From: Bryobacterales bacterium
GTDB lineage: Bacteria > Acidobacteriota > Terriglobia > Bryobacterales > UBA6623
NCBI GenBank assembly: GCA_963422375.2
Contig: OY729427.2
Coordinates: 576,001 to 640,000 of the forward strand
DNA length: 64,000 nt
Reading direction: 5' to 3'
Below, piece by piece: positions 27,953-37,582 of the stretch. The position numbers and the translations under genes are program-made. How positions within the stretch are numbered: the stretch's first letter is position 1; every line of letters starts with the position of its first letter. Under the pieces are notes generated by a model. The model ran no database searches. It was not told where the DNA came from and saw only the letters and a list, made by a program, of their open reading frames with translations.

Positions 27953-30523
27953 GTGAAGTTCAAGTCGATGGCGCTAGGTGCGCTGCTGCTCTGCCTGCTC
28001 TGGGTGCTAGCCGCCCAGGACCGACGCGGCGGCGCGGAGGACTACCTCGAGCCGGATCTTCGCGAGCGCGTCGAGAGACTCAAGGTCGAAGCCGGAGAGC
28101 CGTCTTCGGACGCAGCCGTCCTCTCCAAGAGGCTAGCCATCCTGTGGGAGTGGGCCAACGCCTACTCGCTGACCGGCGGGCCCGTTCCGGGCGGCTTCCC
28201 GCAGCTCGCCGCCAACGCGAATCGGGGCCTGCGACGGCTAGCGCCGGGGGGACCGCAGATCCCGGTCGATGCGGTCGGTCAATTCATCGCTAGGTACGCA
28301 CGGGAATTCCAGATCAAGGACGAGAATCCGCAGGCCATCGGCACGCTCACGCTCTCGTCGTCCGGCCCCTTCCGAGCCGGCCAGCTCGTGACGGTCAGCG
28401 AGACCTACGAGGTCGGCGACATGCCGATGGCCGTCGGTGGCGGAATCGCCGTCGGCCAGGGACGCGGTAGCCGACTCCAAGCCAGCGACCCGTCCGGGGC
28501 ACGCTACGTGACCGCCGTCACGTCGAACCCGGAGGCGGTGCTGACCGCGACGGAGCCCTGGGGCCGGTGGGTCACGTTCGAGACGCGCAGCACGCTGGCG
28601 TTCCGCCTCTCCGGCACGGAATTGCGGAAGGGCGACACCATCACGCTCACCTTCGGCGACAGAAGCGGGGGCGGTCCCGGTCTCAGGTTCCAGCAATGGT
28701 CGAACGACCGCGTCGTCTTCAAGACCTTCGTCGACCTCGAGGGCAATGGCTGGCTGCTCAGTCCCGCTTGGCCCGCGATGGAAGTCGTCGGCGAGGAGCG
28801 GATTCGATTTGTGAACGCCGTCGCCCCGTCGATTGTCGAGACAGGTGAAGAGTTCGAACTGTTCGTCCGGTCGGAAGACCGGTTCAAGAATCTCGCGTCC
28901 GGCACGACGCCCGACCTCGAAGTGGCGCTCGGCGGCGAGACGGTGCGGGAAGTTCCTGCGGGCAGCCGGGCCATGCACCGGGTGGACGGAATGCGGATCG
29001 AGTCCCCGGGTGTCTACCGGTTCCACGTCCGCTCTCGTGACGGAACGCTGCAAGGAACAAGCAACCCAGTCCGGGTGGAGAACGAGCCGACGCGCAGAAT
29101 CTACTGGGGCGAGACCCACGGCCATACCGGCTTCGCGGAAGGGCAGGGCTCCCCCGACGGGTACTACAGGTTCGGCCGCGATGTCGCGCGGCTCGATTTC
29201 CTGAGCCTCTCCGAGCACGACATCTGGATGGACGACTTCGAGTGGAAGACCCTCCAGGAAATGGTCGAGAAGTATCGCGACCCGGGCAGGTTCACCACGC
29301 TGCTCGGATTCGAGTGGACCTCGCGCTTGCCCTACGGAGGGCATCACAACGTCTTCTTCCGCGACACCCCGGGCCGCCTGCGGGTGCCCAACCAGACGGC
29401 ACCATTGCTGGACGAGCTGTACGAGGGCCTGAGAGCAGGGAACGCCAGCGAAGACGTACTGGTCGTCCCGCACGCCCACCAGCCGGGCGACTGGACTACA
29501 AGCGACGGCGACCTCGAGCGGCTGGTCGAGATCCAGTCTGGCCACGGCACGTTCGACTGGTTCGGGAACAAATACCTAGAGAGCGGCTACCGCGTCGGAT
29601 TCGTCGGGGCGTCCGACAACCATGTCGGACACCCCGGCTACAGCGGGATGACGAACCGCCAGCTGGGCGGGCTCGCGGCCGTCATCGCGGCCGAGAACAC
29701 GGCGGACGCGATCTTCGACGGGCTACGCGACCGCGCCACCTACGCCACGACCGGCGAGCGCATCGTCCTGGACGCCGACCTTAACGGCGTCGGCATCGGG
29801 AAAGAGCAGGCGGACGCGCCGGGCCGGACCATTCGCTGCACCGTGAACGGCACGGCGCCGATCGACGCTGTCGATGTCATCAAGAACGGCGCGGTGGTCT
29901 ACACCCAGCGGTACCTGCAGACCGACCTAGGCGCCGACGCCTTGGTCCAAGTGAGCTTCGAGGCCTCCACCGAGGTGATCGGCAGGCGGCAGGTGCCGCG
30001 CGGGGACCGGCCGTGGAAGGGCGTCATCCGGGCCCAAGGGGCTCGGATCGTGGGACTTGACGAACCGTGGCACCGCCATCCCGGCACCTACAGCGCCAGG
30101 CTCGAGGACGGGCAGGTGCAGTTCGCGATGCATACCCGCGGGCGCAGCACTTCACTCGTCCTCCGCCTGCGCGACGCGAGCGCCAGCACCCGGGTCGTCG
30201 TGGACATGGAGGGGACTAGGGAGCGCCCTGGCTCCGGCGGCTACGAGCGCAGGCCGCAGGGCCTGCCGGCCGCCGAGGCGACGTTCCGGCTCGGCGACCT
30301 CGGGGGCGAGGTGGACCGCAGGGAATTCAAGGTGCTCGAGCACGCGGACGCCCTGTCCGTCCAAGTCATACCGTCCGGCGGGGCGCTCGACCGCGACTTC
30401 ACCTACACCGACCGCGACAGTCCGCAGGCCGGCGACTACTACTACCTGCGCGTGCGCCAGGTCGACGGGGCCATGGCATGGTCCAGCCCCTTCTGGGTCG
30501 GCGCTCGCTCGAGCGGCAGCTGA
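27953..30523 (+). CDS. DUF3604 / PHP-like secreted metallohydrolase
   Basis: Signal peptide; YWGETHGHT, SEHD, GFEWT, GHHNV, PHAH, GASDNH, YATTG, YYYLRVRQ..AWSSP. Confidence 0.82.
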   Translation: MKFKSMALGALLLCLLWVLAAQDRRGGAEDYLEPDLRERVERLKVEAGEPSSDAAVLSKRLAILWEWANAYSLTGGPVPGGFPQLAANANRGLRRLAPGGPQIPVDAVGQFIARYAREFQIKDENPQAIGTLTLSSSGPFRAGQLVTVSETYEVGDMPMAVGGGIAVGQGRGSRLQASDPSGARYVTAVTSNPEAVLTATEPWGRWVTFETRSTLAFRLSGTELRKGDTITLTFGDRSGGGPGLRFQQWSNDRVVFKTFVDLEGNGWLLSPAWPAMEVVGEERIRFVNAVAPSIVETGEEFELFVRSEDRFKNLASGTTPDLEVALGGETVREVPAGSRAMHRVDGMRIESPGVYRFHVRSRDGTLQGTSNPVRVENEPTRRIYWGETHGHTGFAEGQGSPDGYYRFGRDVARLDFLSLSEHDIWMDDFEWKTLQEMVEKYRDPGRFTTLLGFEWTSRLPYGGHHNVFFRDTPGRLRVPNQTAPLLDELYEGLRAGNASEDVLVVPHAHQPGDWTTSDGDLERLVEIQSGHGTFDWFGNKYLESGYRVGFVGASDNHVGHPGYSGMTNRQLGGLAAVIAAENTADAIFDGLRDRATYATTGERIVLDADLNGVGIGKEQADAPGRTIRCTVNGTAPIDAVDVIKNGAVVYTQRYLQTDLGADALVQVSFEASTEVIGRRQVPRGDRPWKGVIRAQGARIVGLDEPWHRHPGTYSARLEDGQVQFAMHTRGRSTSLVLRLRDASASTRVVVDMEGTRERPGSGGYERRPQGLPAAEATFRLGDLGGEVDRREFKVLEHADALSVQVIPSGGALDRDFTYTDRDSPQAGDYYYLRVRQVDGAMAWSSPFWVGARSSGS

Positions 30524-30811
30524 CCGCAGGCGGCCGGATCCCTCGGGCACTCGGCTGGACGCCGCGATTCGCGCGGTTCCCGCTCATCGTCCCAAGCCAT
30601 CCCGGCCGGGCCTGACGCCGCGCTGACGCCCCGGATTCGAGCCCGACGTCATCCAGCGGGCGCGGCTCGGGCGCCTCCTGCGATAGAATGCGGTCCGAAC
30701 CCTCCCTAGGAGCATGCATCCCATTTCAAGGAGAGAAGGCCCAACCGCACTCTTCTCCTAAAGGATCCGACTCGACAGCGACCAACGGCCGCACTTCGCT
30801 AGGAGGCGAAC

Positions 30812-33800
30812 ATGAGAAACCGATCCATCTGGCTAGCAGCCCTGCCGCTGCTTCTCGCCCAAGGAGCGCTCGGCCAGCAAGCCGACACCGCCGTGGTCGT
30901 CGGCTCCGTTAGCGATGCCACAGGCGCCGTGATTCCCGGAGTCGAGCTCCGGTTCACCCATCAAGCCACGGGATCGGCCTACGACGCCCAGACCGATGCC
31001 GGCGGCTTCTACCGGACGCCACCGCTGCGCATCGGCGCGTACCGCATGGAAGCCGAGTCCCCGGGATTCAAGCGCATCCATCAGTCGGGCGTCGTCCTGA
31101 ACGCCGGCGACACCCGCCAAATCGACCTGGTGCTCGAGGTCGGCGAGGTGACCGAGACCATCGAGGTGGTCGCGCAGGCACCGCTGCTGCAGACGCAGGA
31201 GGGGGCGACCGGCACGGTGATGGAGAACCAGCAGATTCTCGAACTGCCGCTCAACGGCCGCGACTACCTGCAGCTCGCGCGAATCTCCGCGGGCGTGACC
31301 CCCCCGGCCCGCTCGGAGGTGGCCAACCGCCAGGGCGTGAGCGTCGGCGGGTCGCAGGCGACCCAAGTCAACTTCATCATCGACGGGATCGACAACAACA
31401 ACCAGTCCATCGCTTCCCAGGGCAATCAGAAGGAAGCGATCAAGCCGCAGATCGACGCGGTGCAGGAGTTCAAGATTCTGACCAACGCCTATTCCGCCGA
31501 GTTCGGTCGCTCGATGGGCGGGGTGGTCACGATGACGACCAAGTCCGGAACCAACGAGATCCACGGCTCGGCCTTCCAGTTCATGCGGAACGAGGGCATG
31601 GACGCCAAGAACTTCTTTGTCCCCCACGACGCCGACAAGCCGCCGTTCAAGCGCAACCAATACGGATTCTCGCTGGGCGGCCCGCTGGCCCGGAACCGGT
31701 CGTTCCTCTTCGGGGACATGGAATACACGGACATCCGCGAATCGACCACCCGCGTCAACACGATTCCGAACAAGCTCGAGCGAGCGGGCGACTTCTCGGG
31801 GCAGAGCGGCATCATCCGCGACCCGCTGACGACGCATGCGGAGACATTGGCCCGCGACCCGTTCCCCAACAACATGGTTCCCGACAGCCGCGTCGACTCG
31901 GTCTCTCGAGTCGCGCGCGACTGGTGGCCGGAACCGACCAACAGCGGCAGCACCCGGAACCACGTCTGGGTGCCGCCCCGGAATCAGGACCTGAATCGCT
32001 GGGACTTGCGCTACGACCAGAGTCTGGACGACCAGAACAACTTCTACTTCCGGATCAGCGGGCAGCAGACCACCAACGGGCGCGTGCCTGTGCTACCGGA
32101 CAGCGCCGACGGCCTCTACCTTCAAGGCAAGGACGTGGACATCACCAACCGCCAGGTGGCGTTCGTGTACAACGGCGTCTGGTCGCCGAATCTCGTCGGT
32201 TCCTTCCGAACCGGCTGGAGCTACATCGACACGGCGGTCGAGCATGCCAACGACGTGGCGGTCAACCCGCTCATCGGGCTGAACATGGGCAACGACCTAG
32301 ACGTTTCGACTCCCGGATCCGGGAGCTTCAATCCGGCCGGGTTCCGCGGCGTGGGCAGTTGCTGCTTCAACTACATCGGATCGCAGACGCGCCAGTTCTC
32401 GGGGGACATCACCTGGACCAAGGGCCGGCACACCGTCAAGTTCGGTCACACCACCTACTGGCTGCAGAGCCAGATCTTCAATGCAGGCTTCATCACAGGC
32501 CGCTTCGTGTTCGACGCCCGCTTCACCGAGGACCCCGTGTCGAGGGCGGGGGGAGACTCGATGGCCGACTTCCTGCTCGGCTACTCGCGCGAGGTGCGGA
32601 ACTCGAACCACCGTCACATGGCCCTGCGCGCCCCTTGGATGCACCAGTACGTTCAAGACGACTGGCGGGTCACCGACAAGCTCACCGTCAATCTCGGCCT
32701 GCGCTACGAGGTAAGCCTGCCTTGGGTCGACGTCTTCGACAAGATCTCCAACCTCGATGTGGACACCGACACGAACGTGCCGAAATTCGTCGTAGTGGGC
32801 GAGCGCGGGGAGGGGCGGTTCCGGCGCTCGCTGGTGCGTTCGGATCTGAACAATCTCGCGCCGCGCTTCGGATTCGCCTACCGCGCCCAGAAGGGCACGG
32901 TGATCCGGGGCGGCTTCGGCCTCTTCTACGCCAACACCATGAATACCGGGGGCGGGGAGTTCATGGAGACGAACCCCCCGGCGCACGTCAAGACCCAGAT
33001 CGCCACCGACCGGATCAATCCTACGATCAGAATGCAAGCGGGCCAAGGCACGGGGGCGCTGACGCCGGAGAAGTCGCCACCCCTGGTCCCGGGATCCTTC
33101 GAGATCGACCCGCCGTGGCCCGTGGCCTCCCAGTGGAACTTCAACATCCAGAAGCAGCTGCCCAGCAACGTGCTGTGGGAAGTCGGCTACTTCGGCACCA
33201 AGGGCACCCACATCATCCGCCGGTACAACCTGAACTACGCCCCGCCCGGCCCGGGAAACCCGAACAGCCGCCGCATCTGGCAGAGGGTGCTCTTCCCGGG
33301 TAGCGAACACCATGTAGGGCTGTCGTTCCTGCACAATTTTCGCAATAACTCCAACTCGAACTACCACGCCCTGCAGACGAAGGTCGAGAAGCGCTACGGC
33401 AGCGGGCTGAGCTTCCTGCTCTCCTACACTTGGTCCAAGGCGATCGGGGACTACAGCTTCATTCCCGGCGAGGACCGGAGCATCGGCGCGAACTGGGGCG
33501 TCCAGAACCCGCTGGATCTGGCGGCCGAACGGTCGCTGCTCAACCAGCACGTCGCGCACCGAGCCGTAGTCAGCTACCTGTACGACCTGCCCTTCGGCAA
33601 GGGACGCCAGTTCGGCGCCGGCTGGGGCAAGGCCGCGAACGCGGTTGTGGGCGGCTGGACGATCGGCGGCATCAACAGCTTCATCACGGGCTTCCCGATG
33701 AATCTCTCCGTCCGCGGCAACCCCTCGAACACGGGCGGGTTCAACCTCGACCGGCCCAAGGTGGTGGGGGAATGGGGGATCCCGCGGTCCGAGCGCGGGC

Positions 33801-34093
33801 CCGACCGCTGGTTCAACACGGCGGCCTTTGTTCGCAACGACCCGTACACCTTCGGCAATGCCGGGCGCAACATCCTCGAGGCGCCCGGGACCGTCAAGTT
33901 CGACCTCGCGCTGCACAAGAACTTCCAAGCGAGCGAGAAGGTGCGGCTGCAGTTCCGGGCCGAGGCGTTCAACGCCTTTAACAGCCCGATCTTCGACGGC
34001 CCGAACCTTCAGGTGGGAAACAGGAACCTCGGGGTGATATCGAACGCCGCTCCCGGCCGGGTCATGCAGCTCGCGCTCAAGGTGATCTTCTGA
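30812..34093 (+). CDS. TonB-dependent receptor (Oar-like)
   Basis: AGGAGG RBS; LPLNGRDYLQL, QEFKILTNAYSAEFGR, TKSGTN, C-terminal QLALKVIF. Confidence 0.93.
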   Translation: MRNRSIWLAALPLLLAQGALGQQADTAVVVGSVSDATGAVIPGVELRFTHQATGSAYDAQTDAGGFYRTPPLRIGAYRMEAESPGFKRIHQSGVVLNAGDTRQIDLVLEVGEVTETIEVVAQAPLLQTQEGATGTVMENQQILELPLNGRDYLQLARISAGVTPPARSEVANRQGVSVGGSQATQVNFIIDGIDNNNQSIASQGNQKEAIKPQIDAVQEFKILTNAYSAEFGRSMGGVVTMTTKSGTNEIHGSAFQFMRNEGMDAKNFFVPHDADKPPFKRNQYGFSLGGPLARNRSFLFGDMEYTDIRESTTRVNTIPNKLERAGDFSGQSGIIRDPLTTHAETLARDPFPNNMVPDSRVDSVSRVARDWWPEPTNSGSTRNHVWVPPRNQDLNRWDLRYDQSLDDQNNFYFRISGQQTTNGRVPVLPDSADGLYLQGKDVDITNRQVAFVYNGVWSPNLVGSFRTGWSYIDTAVEHANDVAVNPLIGLNMGNDLDVSTPGSGSFNPAGFRGVGSCCFNYIGSQTRQFSGDITWTKGRHTVKFGHTTYWLQSQIFNAGFITGRFVFDARFTEDPVSRAGGDSMADFLLGYSREVRNSNHRHMALRAPWMHQYVQDDWRVTDKLTVNLGLRYEVSLPWVDVFDKISNLDVDTDTNVPKFVVVGERGEGRFRRSLVRSDLNNLAPRFGFAYRAQKGTVIRGGFGLFYANTMNTGGGEFMETNPPAHVKTQIATDRINPTIRMQAGQGTGALTPEKSPPLVPGSFEIDPPWPVASQWNFNIQKQLPSNVLWEVGYFGTKGTHIIRRYNLNYAPPGPGNPNSRRIWQRVLFPGSEHHVGLSFLHNFRNNSNSNYHALQTKVEKRYGSGLSFLLSYTWSKAIGDYSFIPGEDRSIGANWGVQNPLDLAAERSLLNQHVAHRAVVSYLYDLPFGKGRQFGAGWGKAANAVVGGWTIGGINSFITGFPMNLSVRGNPSNTGGFNLDRPKVVGEWGIPRSERGPDRWFNTAAFVRNDPYTFGNAGRNILEAPGTVKFDLALHKNFQASEKVRLQFRAEAFNAFNSPIFDGPNLQVGNRNLGVISNAAPGRVMQLALKVIF

Positions 34094-34137
34094 CGGCTCC
34101 CGCCGTGCCCCGGCGAGAACCCGCAAGCGAGCGGCCT

Positions 34138-34174
34138 ACGGGCGGCGCGCCCGGTGCTCGGGCGCGCCGCCCGT
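34138..34174. terminator. Perfect 16-bp-stem hairpin between convergent genes
   Basis: ACGGGCGGCGCGCCCG-GTGCT-CGGGCGCGCCGCCCGT; no clear U-tract. Confidence 0.6.
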
Positions 34175-34247
34175 TCCCGCTCTCGGACGGACGGCATGCA
34201 GCCGGCATTTCGCAGGCGCATCCCGCCCCGCAGGGCATCCGGAAGAG

Positions 34248-35660
34248 CTAGAGCCTCGAGAGACACCCTCCGACGAAGACTGCGTGAAGTTCGCGCAGAT
34301 TGTGGATGTTTTCGAGAGGATTGGCGTTCAGGACCACGAGGTCCGCGAGATAGCCGGTCTTCAGCGCGCCCCGCTCGCTTTCGACGCCGAGGGCGGCAGC
34401 GCTGCCGGTGGACAACGCACGGATCACGCTGGCGGCTGACATGCCCGCGCGTTTCAGCAGGACTGCCTCGCGATATTCCGCAAAGCCCGCGAACGAGCCC
34501 GGAACGCCCGATCCGCTGGCAAGGCCGATCTTCACGCCGGCGGATTCGATCCTCCGCAGGTTGCGCTTGGCGATGTCCAGGCGGATCATTCTCAGGGCGC
34601 GATCCGGATCCAGCGCCTGGCGCATGTGGACGGGCCCCCGCAGCAAGCCGGAGACGCCGGTAGGGAGCGACCGCCGCAAGTAACGGTCGTCAAGCCACGT
34701 CGCTTGGTCGCCGTACTCGAATTGCAGGGATAGTTCCGAGAGCGCAGGCGCGAAGACAGCGCCCGATGCGCGCAGGTCCGAGATGAAGGCTCCCGATAAC
34801 TCGGTGTCGCTGACGCTCCCGAGGATCGCCCGCGCGCCGGCGCGAACCGCGACGGTCGCGGTCCTCTCGGTCGCTGCCAGCACCGCGACCCGCAGGCCGC
34901 GCTGCGAGCCCCGGTCGATCGCGGCCGTGGCGACGGCCAGCCGATCCGGGGCGTTCTGATCGACGTCGCCCAGCCTGAGCTCGATATAGTCCGCCCCTTC
35001 GTCCGCGAGCCGGTCAACCGCATGCCGTGCGTCGGGTGGGCTTCGCACTGTCTCGATGAGAGAGTCGATCTCGCTCGGCCCGCCCCGGCCCGTGCCAGCC
35101 AGTGCCAGCGAGCGAAAAGGCGTCATGACACGGGCCGCGCTCCGTACGACACCAGAGAGAATCTCGTCCCGGAGCCTTCCGAGAACCGCGCTGTCGGGCC
35201 CGAGCGTGGTCGTCGTCGTCACGCCGTAGGCCGAGTACGTTTGCAGCTGCGCGAGAATCTCGGACCGGCTAAAGGGCTCCCCCTGCCCCTCTGGGCTGAT
35301 TACCAGACCGGCAAGTCCGCGCAGGTTGATGATCCCGGGAACGACCGTCTTCCCGGACACGTCGAAGACTCGAGTGCGTTCCGGTGCTTCGAACGAGCCG
35401 GTCGGTCCGATCCGGACGATGCGCCCGCCACTGATCAGAATGTCGGTTCCGGGTCGCGGCGGGCCCGCGGATCCATCGATAAGAAGGCCACCCCTGAGAA
35501 GCGCCGGCGCCGAGCCCGACACGGACGAATCGCACGGAGGGGTCGCCAGCAGCGCGGGCGCAAGGAAGGCCGTCGACAGGCAGGGTATCGCGAACGGGAG
35601 ACCGGCGGAGCCGAGGCGGCCCCGCGGGACTCGAGCGGTGATATCGCGAGCAATCGCCAT
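34248..35660 (-). CDS. Amidohydrolase-fold protein lacking canonical metal ligands
   Basis: GRIVRIG, DVSGKTVVPGIIN, YGVTT, GALKTGYLADLVVLNANPLENI. Confidence 0.85.
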   Translation of the reverse strand: MAIARDITARVPRGRLGSAGLPFAIPCLSTAFLAPALLATPPCDSSVSGSAPALLRGGLLIDGSAGPPRPGTDILISGGRIVRIGPTGSFEAPERTRVFDVSGKTVVPGIINLRGLAGLVISPEGQGEPFSRSEILAQLQTYSAYGVTTTTTLGPDSAVLGRLRDEILSGVVRSAARVMTPFRSLALAGTGRGGPSEIDSLIETVRSPPDARHAVDRLADEGADYIELRLGDVDQNAPDRLAVATAAIDRGSQRGLRVAVLAATERTATVAVRAGARAILGSVSDTELSGAFISDLRASGAVFAPALSELSLQFEYGDQATWLDDRYLRRSLPTGVSGLLRGPVHMRQALDPDRALRMIRLDIAKRNLRRIESAGVKIGLASGSGVPGSFAGFAEYREAVLLKRAGMSAASVIRALSTGSAAALGVESERGALKTGYLADLVVLNANPLENIHNLRELHAVFVGGCLSRL

Positions 35661-35844
35661 CGGTTGGAGCTGGAGTGAGCCTCAGCAGACCCTGAGAGTA
35701 CCGGCCGGAAGACTCCGGCCTGCGCCTAGCCCCCGCCCGCAATTCGGCACGGCCTGCATGGTCGCATGACGGCTTCGAGGAAGGCGACGCCGGTTGAACG
35801 CGGCCGGGCTACGGCGTCGAGGCGGCACCACGGAGGCCTCGGAA

Positions 35845-36936
35845 TCACTGGTCGCCAATGCGGTCGAGGTCGTTCCACAGGAATTCCACGCCGTGACCCG
35901 GGCTTGAGGGAGCCTCTGCGCAGCCGGAAGCGATCGACAGCGGTTGCTCGATGTAAGCGTCCAAGCTGAAACCGTGAACTTCGAGGAACGAGGCGTTCGG
36001 CACCGCCGCCAGCAGGCTGACATGTAAATCATGGACACCGTGCGAGGTGACTGGCAGATGACGTGCTTCGGCGAGGCGAGCGACCTTCATCCAAACCGTA
36101 ATCCCGCCGCAATTCGTGACGTCCGGTTCCGGAACGGTCACGCCGCCAGCCGAGATCAATGCTTCGAATTCGTCCAGCGCATGCAGATTCTCGCCGGCAG
36201 CGACAGGCAGAGCCCCTTCTCGCACGACACGTACATGGCCGCGGACATCTGTCGGGGAGACCGGCTCCTCCAACCAGTAAACGTCGAACTGCGCGAATGC
36301 GCGAGACGCATGGACCGCCTGGTCGGCACTCCACTTCATGTTCGCGTCCACCATCAGCGGCGTTTCCGGTCCGATCAGGTCGCGGATGGCGCGGACGCGA
36401 TCCAGATCGTCGCTCAGCCGCGGCCGCCCGACTTTCATCTTGATGGCGCGGAATCCGCGTTCCAGATGCATCTGCGTCCGCTCTTCCAACTCGGACAGCG
36501 GGAGGTTCAGGTCGATGCCCCCGGCATAGGCTCGGACCTTCGGGTCGTGCCCGCCAAGCAGCCGCCATAGCGGCTCTTGCAGCGCCTTGGCCTTCAAGTC
36601 CCATAGAGCGATGTCAACCGCTGAAATAGCGAAGCTCGCCGGCCCTCCTCGCCCGACATAGTGGGTTCGCTCCCACATCCTCGCCCAGAGATCCTCGATC
36701 CGTCGCGGGTCGGTGCCCCTGAGGACGGGTTCCAGGTCGTCCGCGACCAACGACTCGATGGCCGCCGCTCCGGCCGTACCGACGGTGTAGGTGAAGCCGA
36801 GACCCTCCAGGCCATCGCGCGTCCGCACCCTGACCGCGACGAGGGAGAAGGAAGAAATGAGGCCGTGCGTGGCGTCCCCAACAGCCTCGGCAAGAGGAAT
36901 CGTGTAGCGGGATACATCGACGCTCTCGACCCTCAT
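35845..36936 (-). CDS. Mandelate racemase / muconate lactonizing enzyme family protein
   Basis: AISAVDIALWDLKAK, KMKVG, MVDAN, WLEEP, AAGEN. Confidence 0.92.
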   Translation of the reverse strand: MRVESVDVSRYTIPLAEAVGDATHGLISSFSLVAVRVRTRDGLEGLGFTYTVGTAGAAAIESLVADDLEPVLRGTDPRRIEDLWARMWERTHYVGRGGPASFAISAVDIALWDLKAKALQEPLWRLLGGHDPKVRAYAGGIDLNLPLSELEERTQMHLERGFRAIKMKVGRPRLSDDLDRVRAIRDLIGPETPLMVDANMKWSADQAVHASRAFAQFDVYWLEEPVSPTDVRGHVRVVREGALPVAAGENLHALDEFEALISAGGVTVPEPDVTNCGGITVWMKVARLAEARHLPVTSHGVHDLHVSLLAAVPNASFLEVHGFSLDAYIEQPLSIASGCAEAPSSPGHGVEFLWNDLDRIGDQ

Positions 36937-37582
36937 CCGGTATTCAGGATAGGGCACCTGCGTGCAGACTGCGAGTGACGCCAGGATGCACGAGGCACCC
37001 ATATGCTCCGGTCCCGCGCCAGAGCAAAGGCCGGGAACGGAGGACAACTCGGTCGTTACCGACCTTCGCAGCCTAGGTCAACCTCCCGCAACGCCCAACC
37101 CCTGGCAGCTGTCGGGCAAGCGTCGCCGGCCGTTGGCCCCCTCCGGACATTCTGACTCCAGCGCGCGTCTGCGTCCGGTCCCGCTCCGGTCGGGCTGCCT
37201 ACCGTGACGCATCCCACCCTCGTGCGGGTTGAGCATGCCCTGACGACTAGCACCGCCGAGACAAGCCGCCCGTAGCCGTTGGAGCGGGCTAGACGCCGGA
37301 GGCCGCGAACGCTCGCGACGGCAAGCCGCCGCGTCCGCTCCGACGCACGAGACCACGGTACTCTGTCATCATCACCGGACTGCCACGCTCGTCCGGCGGT
37401 CCACCCGTAGCACGAACACGGTACAATGGTGCCTTGCAGCGGGTATGGTGGGACTTGGAATTCCTCGGCATGCCGTCTGCGGCCTCCTGCGCGGACAGAT
37501 CTACCTCAGTCGTCGCACGCGTCCATCGTGATCCGCACACAGCCCTCGTGCGGAATGCGTGAGGATCGGCCAAGTAGGTCCG

